Assembly: GCA_016618085.1 (NCBI GenBank)
Contig: JABLTG010000015.1
Location: 62,001-126,000, forward strand
Direction of reading: 5' to 3'
DNA from: Neovahlkampfia damariscottae
Taxonomy: Eukaryota
DNA length: 64,000 nt
In this document: in pieces, positions 48,647-61,181 of the stretch
How positions within the stretch are numbered: the stretch's first letter is position 1
Layout of the letters: each line of letters opens with the position of its first letter
Position numbers and translations under genes: made by a program
The notes under the pieces: generated by a model
Database searches by the model: none
What the model was told of the DNA's origin: nothing
What the model saw: the letters and a program-made list of their open reading frames with translations, nothing else

Positions 48647-50770
48647 ATGAAGAAAACAAACAACTCAAAGTTACCTTATTTCTCTTTGAAAAAGAAGGTA
48701 AAGGTTGATGGTCAAAAGGATTCAAAATATGATCAGTTGAAGCAAACAGCTCGTAAAATTTCTGAAAAAAATTAGTTTTAAAATTTTTTAAAAAAATTAG
48801 AGCGCTTATTAATGCAAAACAACTCAACTAAAGAATCTTTAAACCAAAATGTATGTAATTTGTAGTTCTAATTCATAGAAAATTCATCTGGTTGAATGCC
48901 AAAAGCAACTCAAAAATTTAAATTCTGCGCTCAATGAACTTGTTGAAAATAAAACCAAATTTGAAGCCCAAATTGAAAACTGTGAAACAATTCATGGAAA
49001 TTTAAAAGATCAACTTTCAAATATTTCCAAAATTAATGAAGAAGCCAAAATTTCTCTTCAAAATTATCAAAAACTTGTTTCAGATGGTTTTGAAAAATAT
49101 TTTAACTCTAGGTTATCAAAACTTAAATATTTCAAAAATTGGTAGAGAAAAACGCTATGAAATTTTATTCATCATGGAAAATGCTCAAGAATTAAAATCA
49201 AAAGAACAACTTGAATTATTACAAAAGAAACAAAAAGGTAATCCACTCTTCACCTGAATAACACTTTCAGTTAATGAAAAATTAACCGAAAATGATTTAA
49301 GAATTCAACACTTGGAAAAAGAAATTTCAAATTTTACAATGGAAGAAATGAAAGTTTTACAGAGAATTGGTACAAAAAAAATTGATATTTATTCCAATTG
49401 ACAAGATGACACAAAAAATGAAATGAAAGAAATTGATAAAGAAATTGATTGTTTAAAAGGTAAAAATTTTGAAATTAGCAATACAATCTCTGAAACAAAA
49501 GATGCAATGAGTTCTGAAAAAAAAGATTTTTCACAGCCAAAAAATCAACTTAATTTGAAATTAAAAGAGATAGGAGTGGAAAATGAAAAATTTCAAGAAA
49601 TGATTGTAATTTTAAATTACATTAATAAATTAGGAACAACCATTCTTCAAAAATAAATTTGATTTGGATGATTTTTTATTTCAAGAACTTTTGAAATTCG
49701 TTGAAGTGAGTCAATACAAAGATATAATTCAAAGGTTTTATATTAATACTGAATTTAACTTTTTCAAGAATTGATTCAGTTACAAAGGAAATCAATATTG
49801 AAAGCAATAAAATTGAACATAATAACACCATCATTTATGGAGAAGGAAACAAATCAAAATCAATTTGTGAATTGATTAAAAATAAACAAGACAAATTAGA
49901 AGAAATTAATCAAGAAAAATTAACATTTCAACAAGAACTTGATGAAAAATCAAATGTTGTTGAATCAACTCAAAAAATTTGTAATTCAAAAATTTCAATC
50001 AAAGAGAAATCAAAAAACCAAATTTCTGAAATGATTTCACAAATAGAATCTGTTAAACATGATATTGAATCAAACAAGCTAAAATTGAAAGAAATTGATT
50101 CCATGAAAAATTCAATGAATTCTTTAATTTCGATTCTTGAAAATAAAATGGATTTCTTGAACACAATGAAAGATGAGGATGAAGGATTTACATTTGAATT
50201 GAAAAAGTTATCAGAAGAAGAATATTCATTCCATGAAAAACAATCAAATTTAAATGATACTGTATCAAAATTGATTGACACAATCTCATCATTTGAATCA
50301 AATCCAAATAAATCAGATGATATTCAAATTAAATCTTTAACAGATGATTTAGATTCAAAAATAAAATTATTCGACAATTTAGTGGAACAAACATCTCAAG
50401 TAAGATTTAAAATTATTCAAAATCAAAGATTGAACTACCAACAAAAAGACATGAAAATCTTGATATCCAACTTGAATTATATGAAGAATCATTACAAATC
50501 AACTTCGAAAAGACAATAGAAAATGAAAGAGAATCATTAATGTCAAAAGTAAGAAATTTCAATCTTTTTCACACAAAGTTGGAAAATTTCAAACACTCAA
50601 ATGTACAACAACATAAACAACCAAAGAGTTTATTATCATCTTTTGAAAATACAAAACCAATTCAAAGAGTTGATAAAACTCCAAAAGTTGTTTCTTCAAA
50701 AGGAAAGAAACGTTTCATTCAAAACAAAGAAAATTCTGATGATTTATTTGATGAACTTTTTAATGAATGA
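48647..50770 (+). CDS. Multi-exon coiled-coil protein
   Basis: Successive heptad-rich exons separated by short introns, ending SDDLFDELFNE. The exon structure is approximate. Confidence 0.6.
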
Positions 50771-50777
50771 AGTTGTT

Positions 50778-51268
50778 TTATTTTTTTAATTGGTTTTTCT
50801 TTCTTAATTCAATATTGATTTCATGATCTTCGTCAATGGAAGTGAAAACATCAAAATCAGTATCTTCTTCAATATTTCTTTCATCTGAATAGCTTGGTTT
50901 GATAATACCTAAACGAATTTCTGACAATTCATTTTCAAGTAATAAATGATGAACTGATTGATATCCATGTTTTTTTGCAACATAAATCAATGTTCCTGTT
51001 GGTTCTTCGAAACAAAGCGAACAATTGCAGAAACCTCTACAAGAAGCGCAAATCCAAGACTTATTCATGAACACATCAATGATATTCGCTCCGTATCGAT
51101 TTTTTAGACATTTATTACAAAATTGTCCTTTACTGCTTCTGCAATTGGAGCATTCAGTTTTACGACCAATCGTTTTTTGTCTGCACTTAACAGTTTAAGT
51201 TTTCACTAATTTACTTGATGACAAGATGTTCCGTAACGTCTACAGTATATTTTATTTCCTCTTCTCAT
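50778..51268 (-). CDS. CDCA7: CDCA7-like zf-4CXXC_R1 protein
   Basis: GTSCHQ|CRQKT, FCNKCLKNRYG, WICASCRGFCNCSLC and PTGTL. Confidence 0.85.
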
Positions 51269-51314
51269 TGATAAAATATGTTTGAAAATGAAAGATCTAC
51301 CAATAATACACCCT

Positions 51315-52650
51315 TTAATTTTTTATGTGAGCAAATGAGCCAGATGGTCTCAAAATTCCGTTTTTTTTCAGTTTTTTATTCAACATTGCATACTTATTAC
51401 AAAATTCGTCAGTGTCAAAATAACAACCTTCCAAAATTCTTTCTTGTGTGGATGAAAATTCATTTCTTCCATGGAGCACTCTTCTGTTATTAAAAACAAC
51501 AATTTCACCCTGATTCAATTTAAACTCGACTTGATTCTTCTTTTCATTCACCATCTTCAATAAATCAATATCTTTGAAAAATCTTACTTTCGCGTACTTT
51601 TGATATGCTTTGTAAAATGGCTCAATTAAATCTTCATCAGCTTTCAAAGGACCTTCAAACGGAGGTGAATAATAAATGGATATCAATTCATCATATTCAT
51701 TCAAAACAAAAGTTGGTCTTCTGAAATAGTATTGACGATGGGAGTCATTCTTAGAGAATGTAACTTTTACTTTTGAGAGAACATCAAAAGATTCTGGATC
51801 TTCTTGTTTCAATTTCATTGCCAAATTGTATGCATCAACAAAAGTACTTTCACCACCATCCATAGATTGTTTCATACAATGCAATAATTGAAAACCTGGC
51901 GTTGCTTCAAGGTAACACTTGACAAATATAATAAGTAAAATTTCATTTTGGTTACTAAATCCACATGAGGTTTCAACTCAAGGGAAGTGTAGGCAATATT
52001 ATCAGCATCTGGTCTTGATACTACTTTGAATAATTTTCCATATGTTGTTTCTCTGACATGGCCAATTGTATTTGAAACTTTTTCAACCATGCCTTCTTCA
52101 GTTGAACAATCTGTCAATAGACAAATTCCAGAAACATTCAAATGTTCCAAGAACTCAAATAAACCTTCTTCATCATGTATTGATGAATAATTAACTTTTG
52201 GAACTTTCGTTAATGGTGGAAATGCTGTTTGTTCAAATAGTTTTTTTGAATATGAATTTGTATTTAAAAAATCACTTGAAAAAACACTTTTGTGGCCATC
52301 ATTCCATAAAATATGAATATTTCCATCGGTTTCATTGCTAATTGTTTTAATTTTATTTTCCTTACACAGAAGTTGGTCTGACTTGTAAATCCAATAAATC
52401 TCTAGTGATAATTCTTTCAGTAGAAACAGACTCAACACATTTCGAGCATTGACAGTGATCTCTTAACCAAATATAATGAAATTTACTTTTTTCATTTTCC
52501 GTCCAAGTCACCTCCAAACAATTATTTTTTGACTTTGAAATTGTTAAAACAAAATTCATGGAACAATACCAGAATTGAATTGAATTTTTTGGAGTATTTG
52601 AAGAAGTGCTTTTGAGTTACTAGAGATTTGAATTTTTTCAAGGTGAACAT
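51315..52650 (-). CDS. BBOX1: Gamma-butyrobetaine dioxygenase / TMLHE family
   Basis: WLRDHCQC, IAYTSLELKPHVD, GGESTFVD and NNRRVLHGR. Confidence 0.88.
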
Positions 52651-52714
52651 TTTTTTGCTTCACACAAACTCCAAATTCGGATAAATCAATTTGAAACAAT
52701 TTCATTGGTCCAAA

Positions 52715-54242
52715 ATGAAGTACAAAAGCACCAGAGGAGATGTCAAAGGAGTTACTTTTGAAAAAACTGTTTTTTCAGGTTTTACACCTTTGGGAGGTCT
52801 CTTTGTACCTGAATATGTTCCAAAAATTACTGAAGAAGAGTTTTCAAAATGGAAAAAATTTTCATACACAGAATTGTGTTTTGAAATCTGCAGAAAATTT
52901 ATAAGTGAATCTGAAATATCATCCACTGATTTAAAAGAAATGATCAAAATAGCTTATTCAAGTTTTACTCATCCAAACGTTTGCAATATAACAAAATGTG
53001 AAATTCCAATTCTCGAGTTATTTCATGGACCAACTTTATCATTTAAAGATTACGCACTTTCTTTATTGGCTCAATTTATTGATTATTTTTTGAAAAAAAA
53101 GTCCAAAAAAATTACCATTGTAGTTGGGACTAGTGGTGATACTGGAAGTGCTGCCATTCAAGCAGTCAAAGATTTGTCATCTGTCAATATAATTGTCTTA
53201 TACCCAAAAGACAGATGTTCTAAAACACAAGGTATTCTTTTTGTTAATTAAAACGTGAAGAATTGCAAATTATTTCTACTGTCAGAGATAATGTACATGT
53301 GTTTCAGGTAGACGGATCATCAGATGATTTAGATGTTCCAATTAAAGAAATTTTTAAAGATAAGAATTTGGTAGATAAATATAACGTTTGTTCTATAAAT
53401 TCAATCAATTGGGCCAGAATCATGATTCAAACAGGTTAAGAAATTTTTATTGAAAACTAATTTGTTTAGTGCATCATTTTTATGGTTATTTTCAATCAAA
53501 TATGAGTTATATTAGCATTCCTACTGGTGCTTGTGGTAATATAAGTTCAGGTATGATAAAATTAAATTTGATTGCATCAATCAGGAATTATTGCATCTAA
53601 AATGGGATTACCAATTAAATTCATTGGTTGTGTCAATGAGAATGATATAATTGATAGATGTGTCAGAAACGGTTGTTTTGAACTGAATTCTGATGTATTT
53701 CAAACAACATCACCAGTACTATTTCATAAAATCTAACAACAAAAGAGTATGGATATTCAAGTGCCTTATAATTGGGAAAGAATCTGTTATTTCACTTCAA
53801 ATGAAAATGAAAAGGAAATCAAAGCAATGATGGAAGTATTTGAATCCCAAAATATGGTCAAATTGAATTTAGAAACTTTATCAAATATCAGATCTCTAAT
53901 CTCAACTGTTTCCATTACACAAAAGGAAGTTGGAGAAACAATTAAATGGTATTATGAAAACTATGGTTATATTCTTGATCCACATACAGCAGTTGGTGTT
54001 TCAGGATCAAAAAAATTGGACAAAAAAGCATTATGTGTTGCGACAGCATCTCCATTGAAGTTTCAAGAAACAATTCACAAAATTATTGGAATTGAAATGA
54101 AGAAGTTAACATTTAAAGAAGTAAAGTAAGTGTTAAATTGAATCAAGTTGATCATTTATTCAGATATGAAATCATGAACAAAGGTGAAAATTGGGAAAAT
54201 ATTCTCAGAAACAAAATTGTTTCTTTGAATGAAAAAAAATGA
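52715..54242 (+). CDS. Threonine synthase-like (THNSL2-type)
   Basis: MKYKSTRG, GGLFVP, ELFHGPTLSFKD, TSGDTGSAA, NSINWAR, PTGACGN and DPHTAVG. Confidence 0.92.
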
Positions 54243-54278
54243 ATTTGAAAGCCAAAAAATTAAAATTTATGAGATTCT

Positions 54279-55789
54279 TTATTCTAAATTGACATCTTTT
54301 AACTCTTCGTCTTTCGAATTTTCTAAATGATCATGAATGATAGTTTTATCATTTACTTCGACTTTCAATTCAAACTCTTCATTTTCATCAATAAATTGAG
54401 CTTTTTTTTCATCTTTTTCTGGGTCTACTGGAATTTCGAATGTTGATTTTCGAAAGAAAATAATTAGCGCTACAAAAAGAAGAAATGAAAATCCAATGAC
54501 AAATAGTTGAACAATGACGAAACTTACAGGTCCAACAAAAAAGAATAAATTTGAAATTACAGCTGGAATTAGAACTTCTCCTAAAACAGCTCCACCTTGC
54601 TGATTGGTTAGATTTTTATGAAATTTACCATTATTGAGGTCATTGCTCCTGTTGCTTCCATTTTCAATGTACTGCTTGGATAGGATAGTGCAATTGCATA
54701 AATTGGTCCATAAAAAAAACCAACCAATAATGTGCTTATCCACAATACAACAATTGAATTTGAAAAAATTAAAATTAATGCCAGTCCGATAATTGAGATT
54801 GAAAATGAAGTGGTGATGTAAAATCTTGGATCTAAGAATATCGATATAAATGCTGATAAAACTCTTCCTACAGTAAAAGACAACCAAAATGCTGATGTTA
54901 AATATGCAGCCATTTTCTCTGTTCCAATTCCTTGTCCAACCACATAGTTTGCAAGTAGTCCTCCATATGCAACTTCACCACCTACATAAAATCCTAATAA
55001 TAGAGCAATGACAATACTCATTTGATTTTGCTTTGAAATCAATGTAGAAAAAGAAAATGTTTTTTCTTTTTTTTCTTCTTCATCTTCTTCAATATTTTGT
55101 GGTTTTTTTTCTTCATTTCTTGATAAATCAGGTATTGGTAGAAACATAAAACATATTATGCATATCAATACTAAAATAGAATTTATCCAGAATGCCCAAT
55201 AAAATCTTAAGAGGTTTCCTTTTTCCATGATTAAACCAGCAATAAAAGGAGATACAAAAGCACCAATACCATAAAAAGCATGTAAAAGTTGAATAAATGG
55301 ACCACTTTTTTCTTTCCAAATCCACATTATCAGAACATTAGGAAACAAATCCAACATGCCTGCAAAAAAACCGTAAGCAACATGCAAAATGAGCAACAAA
55401 TAGTAATTTGTAATAATAGGTATTGCAGTATACATCAATACCAATACGGATAATATGGTTGTATAAACGAAATGTGGATGTACAATATGTGAATACTTGA
55501 AAGTTGGCGCTGTGATATAGTCTAAAAATTTCCCACCAAGTAAAGTACCCACCACCCATGTAACACCTCTAGCAGTAAATAAAAATCCAATATTTTGTAC
55601 AGTTGAGTTTGTATTTCTTTGAAGTTGTAAATTTGACCATCCAAGTGAAGCAACTAAAATTCCAAGACAAATATAAGTATAATAGTATTGTGCTGTTAAT
55701 ATTACATTGAATATTATTTGTTTATTGAATTTTTTTGGTACTTTTGTTTCTGTGGATTTTTCTTCAACAGAAACTTGTTCTTCAGTCAT
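54279..55789 (-). CDS. MFS transporter (MFSD4/Na-dependent glucose transporter-like)
   Basis: About 12 TM helices, HAFYGIGAFVSP, FYVGGEVAYGG and SAFWLSFTVGR; one intron near 54603-54628. Confidence 0.88.
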
Positions 55790-55896
55790 TGGCGGAATTT
55801 GTTCAGAACCTTCCAATCTAAAAAAACCAAGTAACAATTCTCCAAGAAGTTTTTTGTGATCTAAATTCACCCATAAATTCGTTATTGAACATTTAT

Positions 55897-56310
55897 TTAA
55901 GATCCTTTGTAAGTTGAATAACCAAAAGGTGAAACTACAATTGGAATATGAAAATGTGAATTGTCATCTTTTTCAAATTCAACATGAACAGTCTTATAAA
56001 TAGTTTTTTGATTTTGTCTTTTGAAATATTCACCTGTTTCAAAAACTAAAGCAAAAATTCCGGGTTCTTTTGCATCTCCTGGTAAAACGTTGATTTTTTG
56101 ATTTTCTTCGTTGGTTGTCCAGTTTTTAATTCTTCCATCTTTGTCTGTGATAGCTCTTCCAATACCAACTAATTTGTTGTTAATTCTTTTGTAGAGGTTG
56201 ACCAGAATGCCTGGTGCTGGTGAACCGTTTGATATATCAAGCACATGAGTTGAAAGATCTGGAATTATTTCTTTTGTTTCTTTTGTGATAACCAATTCTT
56301 CTTCCAACAT
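55897..56310 (-). CDS. uraH: 5-hydroxyisourate hydrolase (transthyretin-like)
   Basis: LSTHVLD...G.PA, TDKDGR and HFHIP..SPFGYSTYKGS. Confidence 0.93.
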   Translation of the reverse strand: MLEEELVITKETKEIIPDLSTHVLDISNGSPAPGILVNLYKRINNKLVGIGRAITDKDGRIKNWTTNEENQKINVLPGDAKEPGIFALVFETGEYFKRQNQKTIYKTVHVEFEKDDNSHFHIPIVVSPFGYSTYKGS

Positions 56311-56378
56311 GCACTTGTGGTAATGAAAAGTTCGCTGATTCTGATTGGGTCATTTGTTTCCCGCTAAAAACCGTTTCA

Positions 56379-57982
56379 ATGATGAACAAAGAAAACTCTT
56401 ACCATCATGATTATAACACCTCTTTTGAGCAACAGTAATACAATACCATTTCTTTTTAATAACACAAGCACAAAAACACCAACAAAAGAAAAAGTTACAA
56501 GTGTGTTTCAAAATTCATTGGAAACACTGAAACAAGAATTATCAGTAAAAATTTGAAAAAACTAATATTTAAAAAGGTTGTATCTGATGGTTATTTTGGT
56601 CAACAAATTTTAAAAAGTTTCTGTCAACAAAACAAACAAGACTTTTCTTCATCTTCCGAGTTTTGGATCATAAAAATCACATTTGAACTTAAATGCCATA
56701 ATTTTGAAGAATCTTTAAATTCATTTGATAGTTTACTTCAAAATAACACCCATATCAATGACGAATTAATGTTATTATTTGAAAGAATTCTTCAAGAAAT
56801 TCAAAAAAGAAATTTAACAAAATTGAAAACTAAATCAACTTTGATTAAGAATCAAATTCATTTTAGCAACATAAACTCAATTCAACAAAGAAGTTTACAA
56901 TTGTCTTCTTCAAAAAAATCCAGAAAATCAACATCAACCTTCCAAATATTTGATGATACAAAAAAAGCTCTTGAATTTCAAAAAGAAGGAACACTTCAAT
57001 CAATCCCACCTCCAAGATTTACACCAAAAAAAATGAATATTTCAGGAAATCCAAGGACTGGGATAATTAAAACACCATTATCCACTTATACTCCAAAAAG
57101 AATGAATATTTCAGGAAATCCATCAAAAACACTTTCTTCAAAGAAAATTAAAAATGAAAGTGAATACCAAACGGAGTCAAAGAATCTACTTAATGAATTT
57201 AATTCTTCAACAGTCGAAAAGAAAGTGGAATCAACTGAGTATGATATGAATAGTACTGCAAAAATTTTACAAGATTTCGAAGAATTTAACAATTCATCAT
57301 TTGACTTAAATTCCACTGTGGATTACAGAAATGAAGAAAATATCAAAAGTGATCTCACTGACAAACCAAACACTTCAATAAAACAAGAAAGAAAGGATTT
57401 CATTCAAGATTGGAATTCAGAAGAACTTGAAGAAGAAATGGAAATATCTCCAATACAAGAGAGTCAAAATCTTGAAATAGATAATAAAGTTGAAAAGAAA
57501 TTTCTCCCTTCAATAGATGAAATAGAAGAAGAATTTGAATCAAATACATTCAATGATGATGAAGAAGAAAGCAATGAAATTGATGATTATTCTTCAAAAT
57601 TTGGTCGAATGAATGTTCTTCTTGCAGAAAATCAAAAAACAATTACCCCATTAAAAAGGTCATTGAGAATACAAAAACAAAACAAAACTTCAATCATTTC
57701 AAATTTTGAATCACCAAAATATAAGAATGCGACATTTATTCCAAATAAATATCTTCCTGATGGAAGCAAATCAAAAATCATCGTTGAAAATGTTATTTGT
57801 AATTGTAATGGAAATGAAAATGGAAAGATAATCAAATGTTCTTCATCAAATGTAAGTGAATTTGTGACTTTTAATTGTCGATTTTATATAAGTGTTCAGG
57901 AAATGTGTATTATCATTTGAGCTGTGTAGGATTGAAGATCAAACCTTCAAAAGAATGGTACTGCGATCAATGTAAAGATTAA
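56379..57982 (+). CDS. KEN-box protein with CKAP2-like motifs and a C-terminal PHD finger
   Basis: Spliced MMNKEN start, TPLKRSLR and FIPN, then ICNC...KC...C...YYHLSCVGL...WYCDQC. Confidence 0.7.
57021..57122 (+). repeat. Direct repeat encoding TPK(K/R)MNISGNP twice
   Basis: ac.ccaaaaa.aatgaatatttcaggaaatcca at about 57021 and 57090. Confidence 0.85.
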
Positions 57983-58161
57983 ATTTATGAGTTGAGATGA
58001 AGTCTCCAAAAAAGAATATTTATTTTTCCTTTTTTATATAATTTGGTTCCAAAATATTTTCCATAAATTTGTGAAGTACAGCCTCTGTTAAATTAATAAT
58101 TTCAAATTGTCTTTTCTCTCGAAATTTCTAAAAAGTCCATGGAAAAATTACCCAATCGGAG

Positions 58162-59907
58162 ATGATTTTAAAAAAAAAAGTTTGTTGTGAACACAGCACC
58201 TGGTGTTGCGAAAAAAGACACAAAGAATGTATGTGTAGTATATGTAAATCATCATTTTTCGTTGGTAATCGTTATGAATGTTTGACCTGTCAAAACTTTA
58301 ATCTCTGTCAGCAATGTCTGCCTGAAACAAATCATCAACATGAATTTAAAGAACATATAAAACCACAAGAAATTGTATTTGATTTATGTTATGAAGGAAA
58401 TCTTGAAAAACTTAAAAGTTTTTCATATTTAAATTTTTTTGACAATGTTGGTTGGACTTGCACAAATTATGCAGCAGAAGGTGGACAAGTTCACGTTTTG
58501 AAATGGTTAAAGAAACAAGGTTTTGATATGAATCATAAATCTCTTGATGGATATACTCCGATGCTTTGTGCTTGTTACAATGGTCACTTGGAAACTGTCA
58601 AATGGTTACATGAAGAAGGTTGTTCAATTTTCGAATTTGAATCAAAAAAATATTCTTGTATTATGTATGCTTGTTTTAATGGTCACTTGGATGTTGTAAA
58701 ATATTTGATAAAAAGTGGTTGTTCTTTATCGGAAAAAGCTCATGATGGATACACAGCTGTACATTGTGCTGCTGAATCTGGACATGTTGATATTTTAGCT
58801 TATCTATTCTTAAATGGTGTTGATATGAATGTGAAAGCAAATGATGGTTATACTCCTTTATTGTCGGCTGTTCATCAGAATCATTTATCCGTTGTAATTT
58901 GGTTGGTCAACCATGGAGTCGATATTTACGAAACAACATCAGATGGTTTACACGCATTCTATCTTGCTATTGAATGTTCTAATTATCGTATTGCGAAATG
59001 GTTAATGGCAAACACAGATTTGGCCACACGAAATTACATCGAATCACATCACGCGACTCCTTTAATGTTAGCAGCATGTTCTGGACAACTTGAATTCGTC
59101 TATTACTTGTTATCCAAAGGATTTTCACTTGATGAAACGAGTGTTGTTGGATGTACACCACTGAAAGCGTCAATCATCACAGGAAATTTAAACTCCATTA
59201 TTTATTTACAAAAGCATGGATCATCATTCAAAGAAGTAAACAAAATAACTGGAACTACAACATTGACATGTGCTGCTAAATTCAAACAAATCCATATTCT
59301 TCAGTACTTATTATTTCACGGAGGAAATTATCAAGAAGTCATGGAAGATCTTAAAGAACAAGTGGAGATTTTCCAATTGTATAAAAAATCCATTCACTAT
59401 GAAATTCAAGAAAAAAATTATGAGAAATTAGGTCAATACAAATATGAAGATGATTTTCTTCATAATATTGTTATGAGTGGTGATGTGGAAATGTTGAAAG
59501 TTTTTGTTGACAAAGATTTTGAAAAACTGAAATCATTCGATAAATTTGGGGACAGTGTTTTAAATACTTCAATCATTTATGATGAATTTGAGATTTTTAA
59601 ATTTCTTTATAGTCTCAAAGTGATGGATTTGTCAGTTAAAAATTGCGAGAACTTAACAACATTCGATATTGCCTTGAGAAAAGGAAATTTAGAAATTCTA
59701 AGCTCATTCATACGTGAAGATGGATTCTCAAATGAATTATTTTCAAATTATAAGCATATCAGAAAAATGTTGAACACGCATCCAATACTTATTTGTTACT
59801 TCAATAAGTTGAAAATATTCAACAATCAAAATTTCGAAGATGTAGAATTTATTTTTCCAAATCAAAGAAAAAGAAAATTATCACAACATGCTTTCAAAAA
59901 AAAGTAA
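58162..59907 (+). CDS. ZZ-type zinc finger + ankyrin-repeat protein
   Basis: CSIC...RYECLTCQNFNLCQQC, followed by many G.TP/L..A...GH ankyrin repeats. Confidence 0.92.
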   Translation: MILKKKVCCEHSTWCCEKRHKECMCSICKSSFFVGNRYECLTCQNFNLCQQCLPETNHQHEFKEHIKPQEIVFDLCYEGNLEKLKSFSYLNFFDNVGWTCTNYAAEGGQVHVLKWLKKQGFDMNHKSLDGYTPMLCACYNGHLETVKWLHEEGCSIFEFESKKYSCIMYACFNGHLDVVKYLIKSGCSLSEKAHDGYTAVHCAAESGHVDILAYLFLNGVDMNVKANDGYTPLLSAVHQNHLSVVIWLVNHGVDIYETTSDGLHAFYLAIECSNYRIAKWLMANTDLATRNYIESHHATPLMLAACSGQLEFVYYLLSKGFSLDETSVVGCTPLKASIITGNLNSIIYLQKHGSSFKEVNKITGTTTLTCAAKFKQIHILQYLLFHGGNYQEVMEDLKEQVEIFQLYKKSIHYEIQEKNYEKLGQYKYEDDFLHNIVMSGDVEMLKVFVDKDFEKLKSFDKFGDSVLNTSIIYDEFEIFKFLYSLKVMDLSVKNCENLTTFDIALRKGNLEILSSFIREDGFSNELFSNYKHIRKMLNTHPILICYFNKLKIFNNQNFEDVEFIFPNQRKRKLSQHAFKKK

Positions 59908-59909
59908 CT

Positions 59910-61019
59910 CTATTTTAAAGGTTGAATGAAACCTCCATTGATTTCTTGTAAAGTTGGTATTGAAAGTTGAAGTTTTCTTTTGAATTGTAAATCTTTACAG
60001 ATTGGATTTCTTTCAATGTAAATACTTGTTAATGATTTACACTCACATAAATCTCTTAAATCTGAAACATCTTCAATTTGATTATCACTACACTACATTC
60101 ATATTTTTAGTCAATAAAAATGATCAATTTTCTTACCCAAAATTCTTCCAATTCTTGTAATTCTTTAACATTTTGTACTTTATTTAATTTGTTATCAGAA
60201 ACATCTAATAAAGTTAAATTTAAAGAATCCAAATTTTCTAATTGTTGAATTCCATTTTCGGAAACGTAAAATTCTTTCAAATTTACCAATTTTTCAACTC
60301 CAACAAGTTTTGAAATTAAATTATCTTGAAGTGAAAGTATTCTAAGTTTTGTTAATTTTTCTAAATTTTCAATTTTTTTTATTTTGTTTCTTCCGATCCA
60401 AAGTTCTTCTAATTTTAAATTTTCATCCAAATTTTCAATTTTTTTGATTTTATTTGAACCAAGTTCCAATAATTGTAACTCTTTTAATTCATCTAAATTT
60501 TCAATTTTATGAATCTTATTTTCATTTAAAAATAATTTTTCAAGTTTCTTTTGATGGATATTTTCAATAACTTTGATTGAATTAAACGCCAAATCTAAAA
60601 CTCTAACTTGTCAATTTTTTTCTTTTTTATTACTTTAATTCAGTTAATTTTTCTAAATTCTCAATAACAGTTAATTTATTATCATACAAATCCAAATGTT
60701 CTAATGATGTTAAATTTTCCAAATTTTCAATTTTTGGAATCAAATTTTGTCTCAAACAAAGCTTCTTTAAAGTTGGAATGTTGGTTAAATTTTCTATTTT
60801 TTTTAAACGACAATTTGTTAAATCAATTTCAACCAAGGTTGATGGAATTTTGTAACCAACTCCAATTTGTCTATTTTTGGTTAAAAAATGTGATGTTCTA
60901 TTTTACTCATGAGGATGATGTGATAAATCTAATATGTCGTCTTCAATTGTAGTTTTGATTTCTAAGCTTTTGTCTTGATCAATAAGTTTGATTTTCTTTT
61001 TGTCTTGTTCTTCACTCAT
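59910..61019 (-). CDS. PPP1R7: Leucine-rich repeat protein, SDS22/PPP1R7-like
   Basis: Repeated LxxLxLxxNxIxKIENL, LCLRQNLI, LDLYDN, LELGSN and an LRRcap (IYIERNP). Confidence 0.85.
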
Positions 61020-61181
61020 TTTGTTGTTTTTTTTGGTCAAATTAGTGAACATCCAATGAAAACAAAGAATAAAAGGAAATGACAAATTGAATGAATTTTA
61101 TCCCCAGAAATTCCAAAATTTTGACTTCTTCTACTTGATGCATTTTGACCAATCATTTAGAAATTTGAAAAAGTTGTGTTG

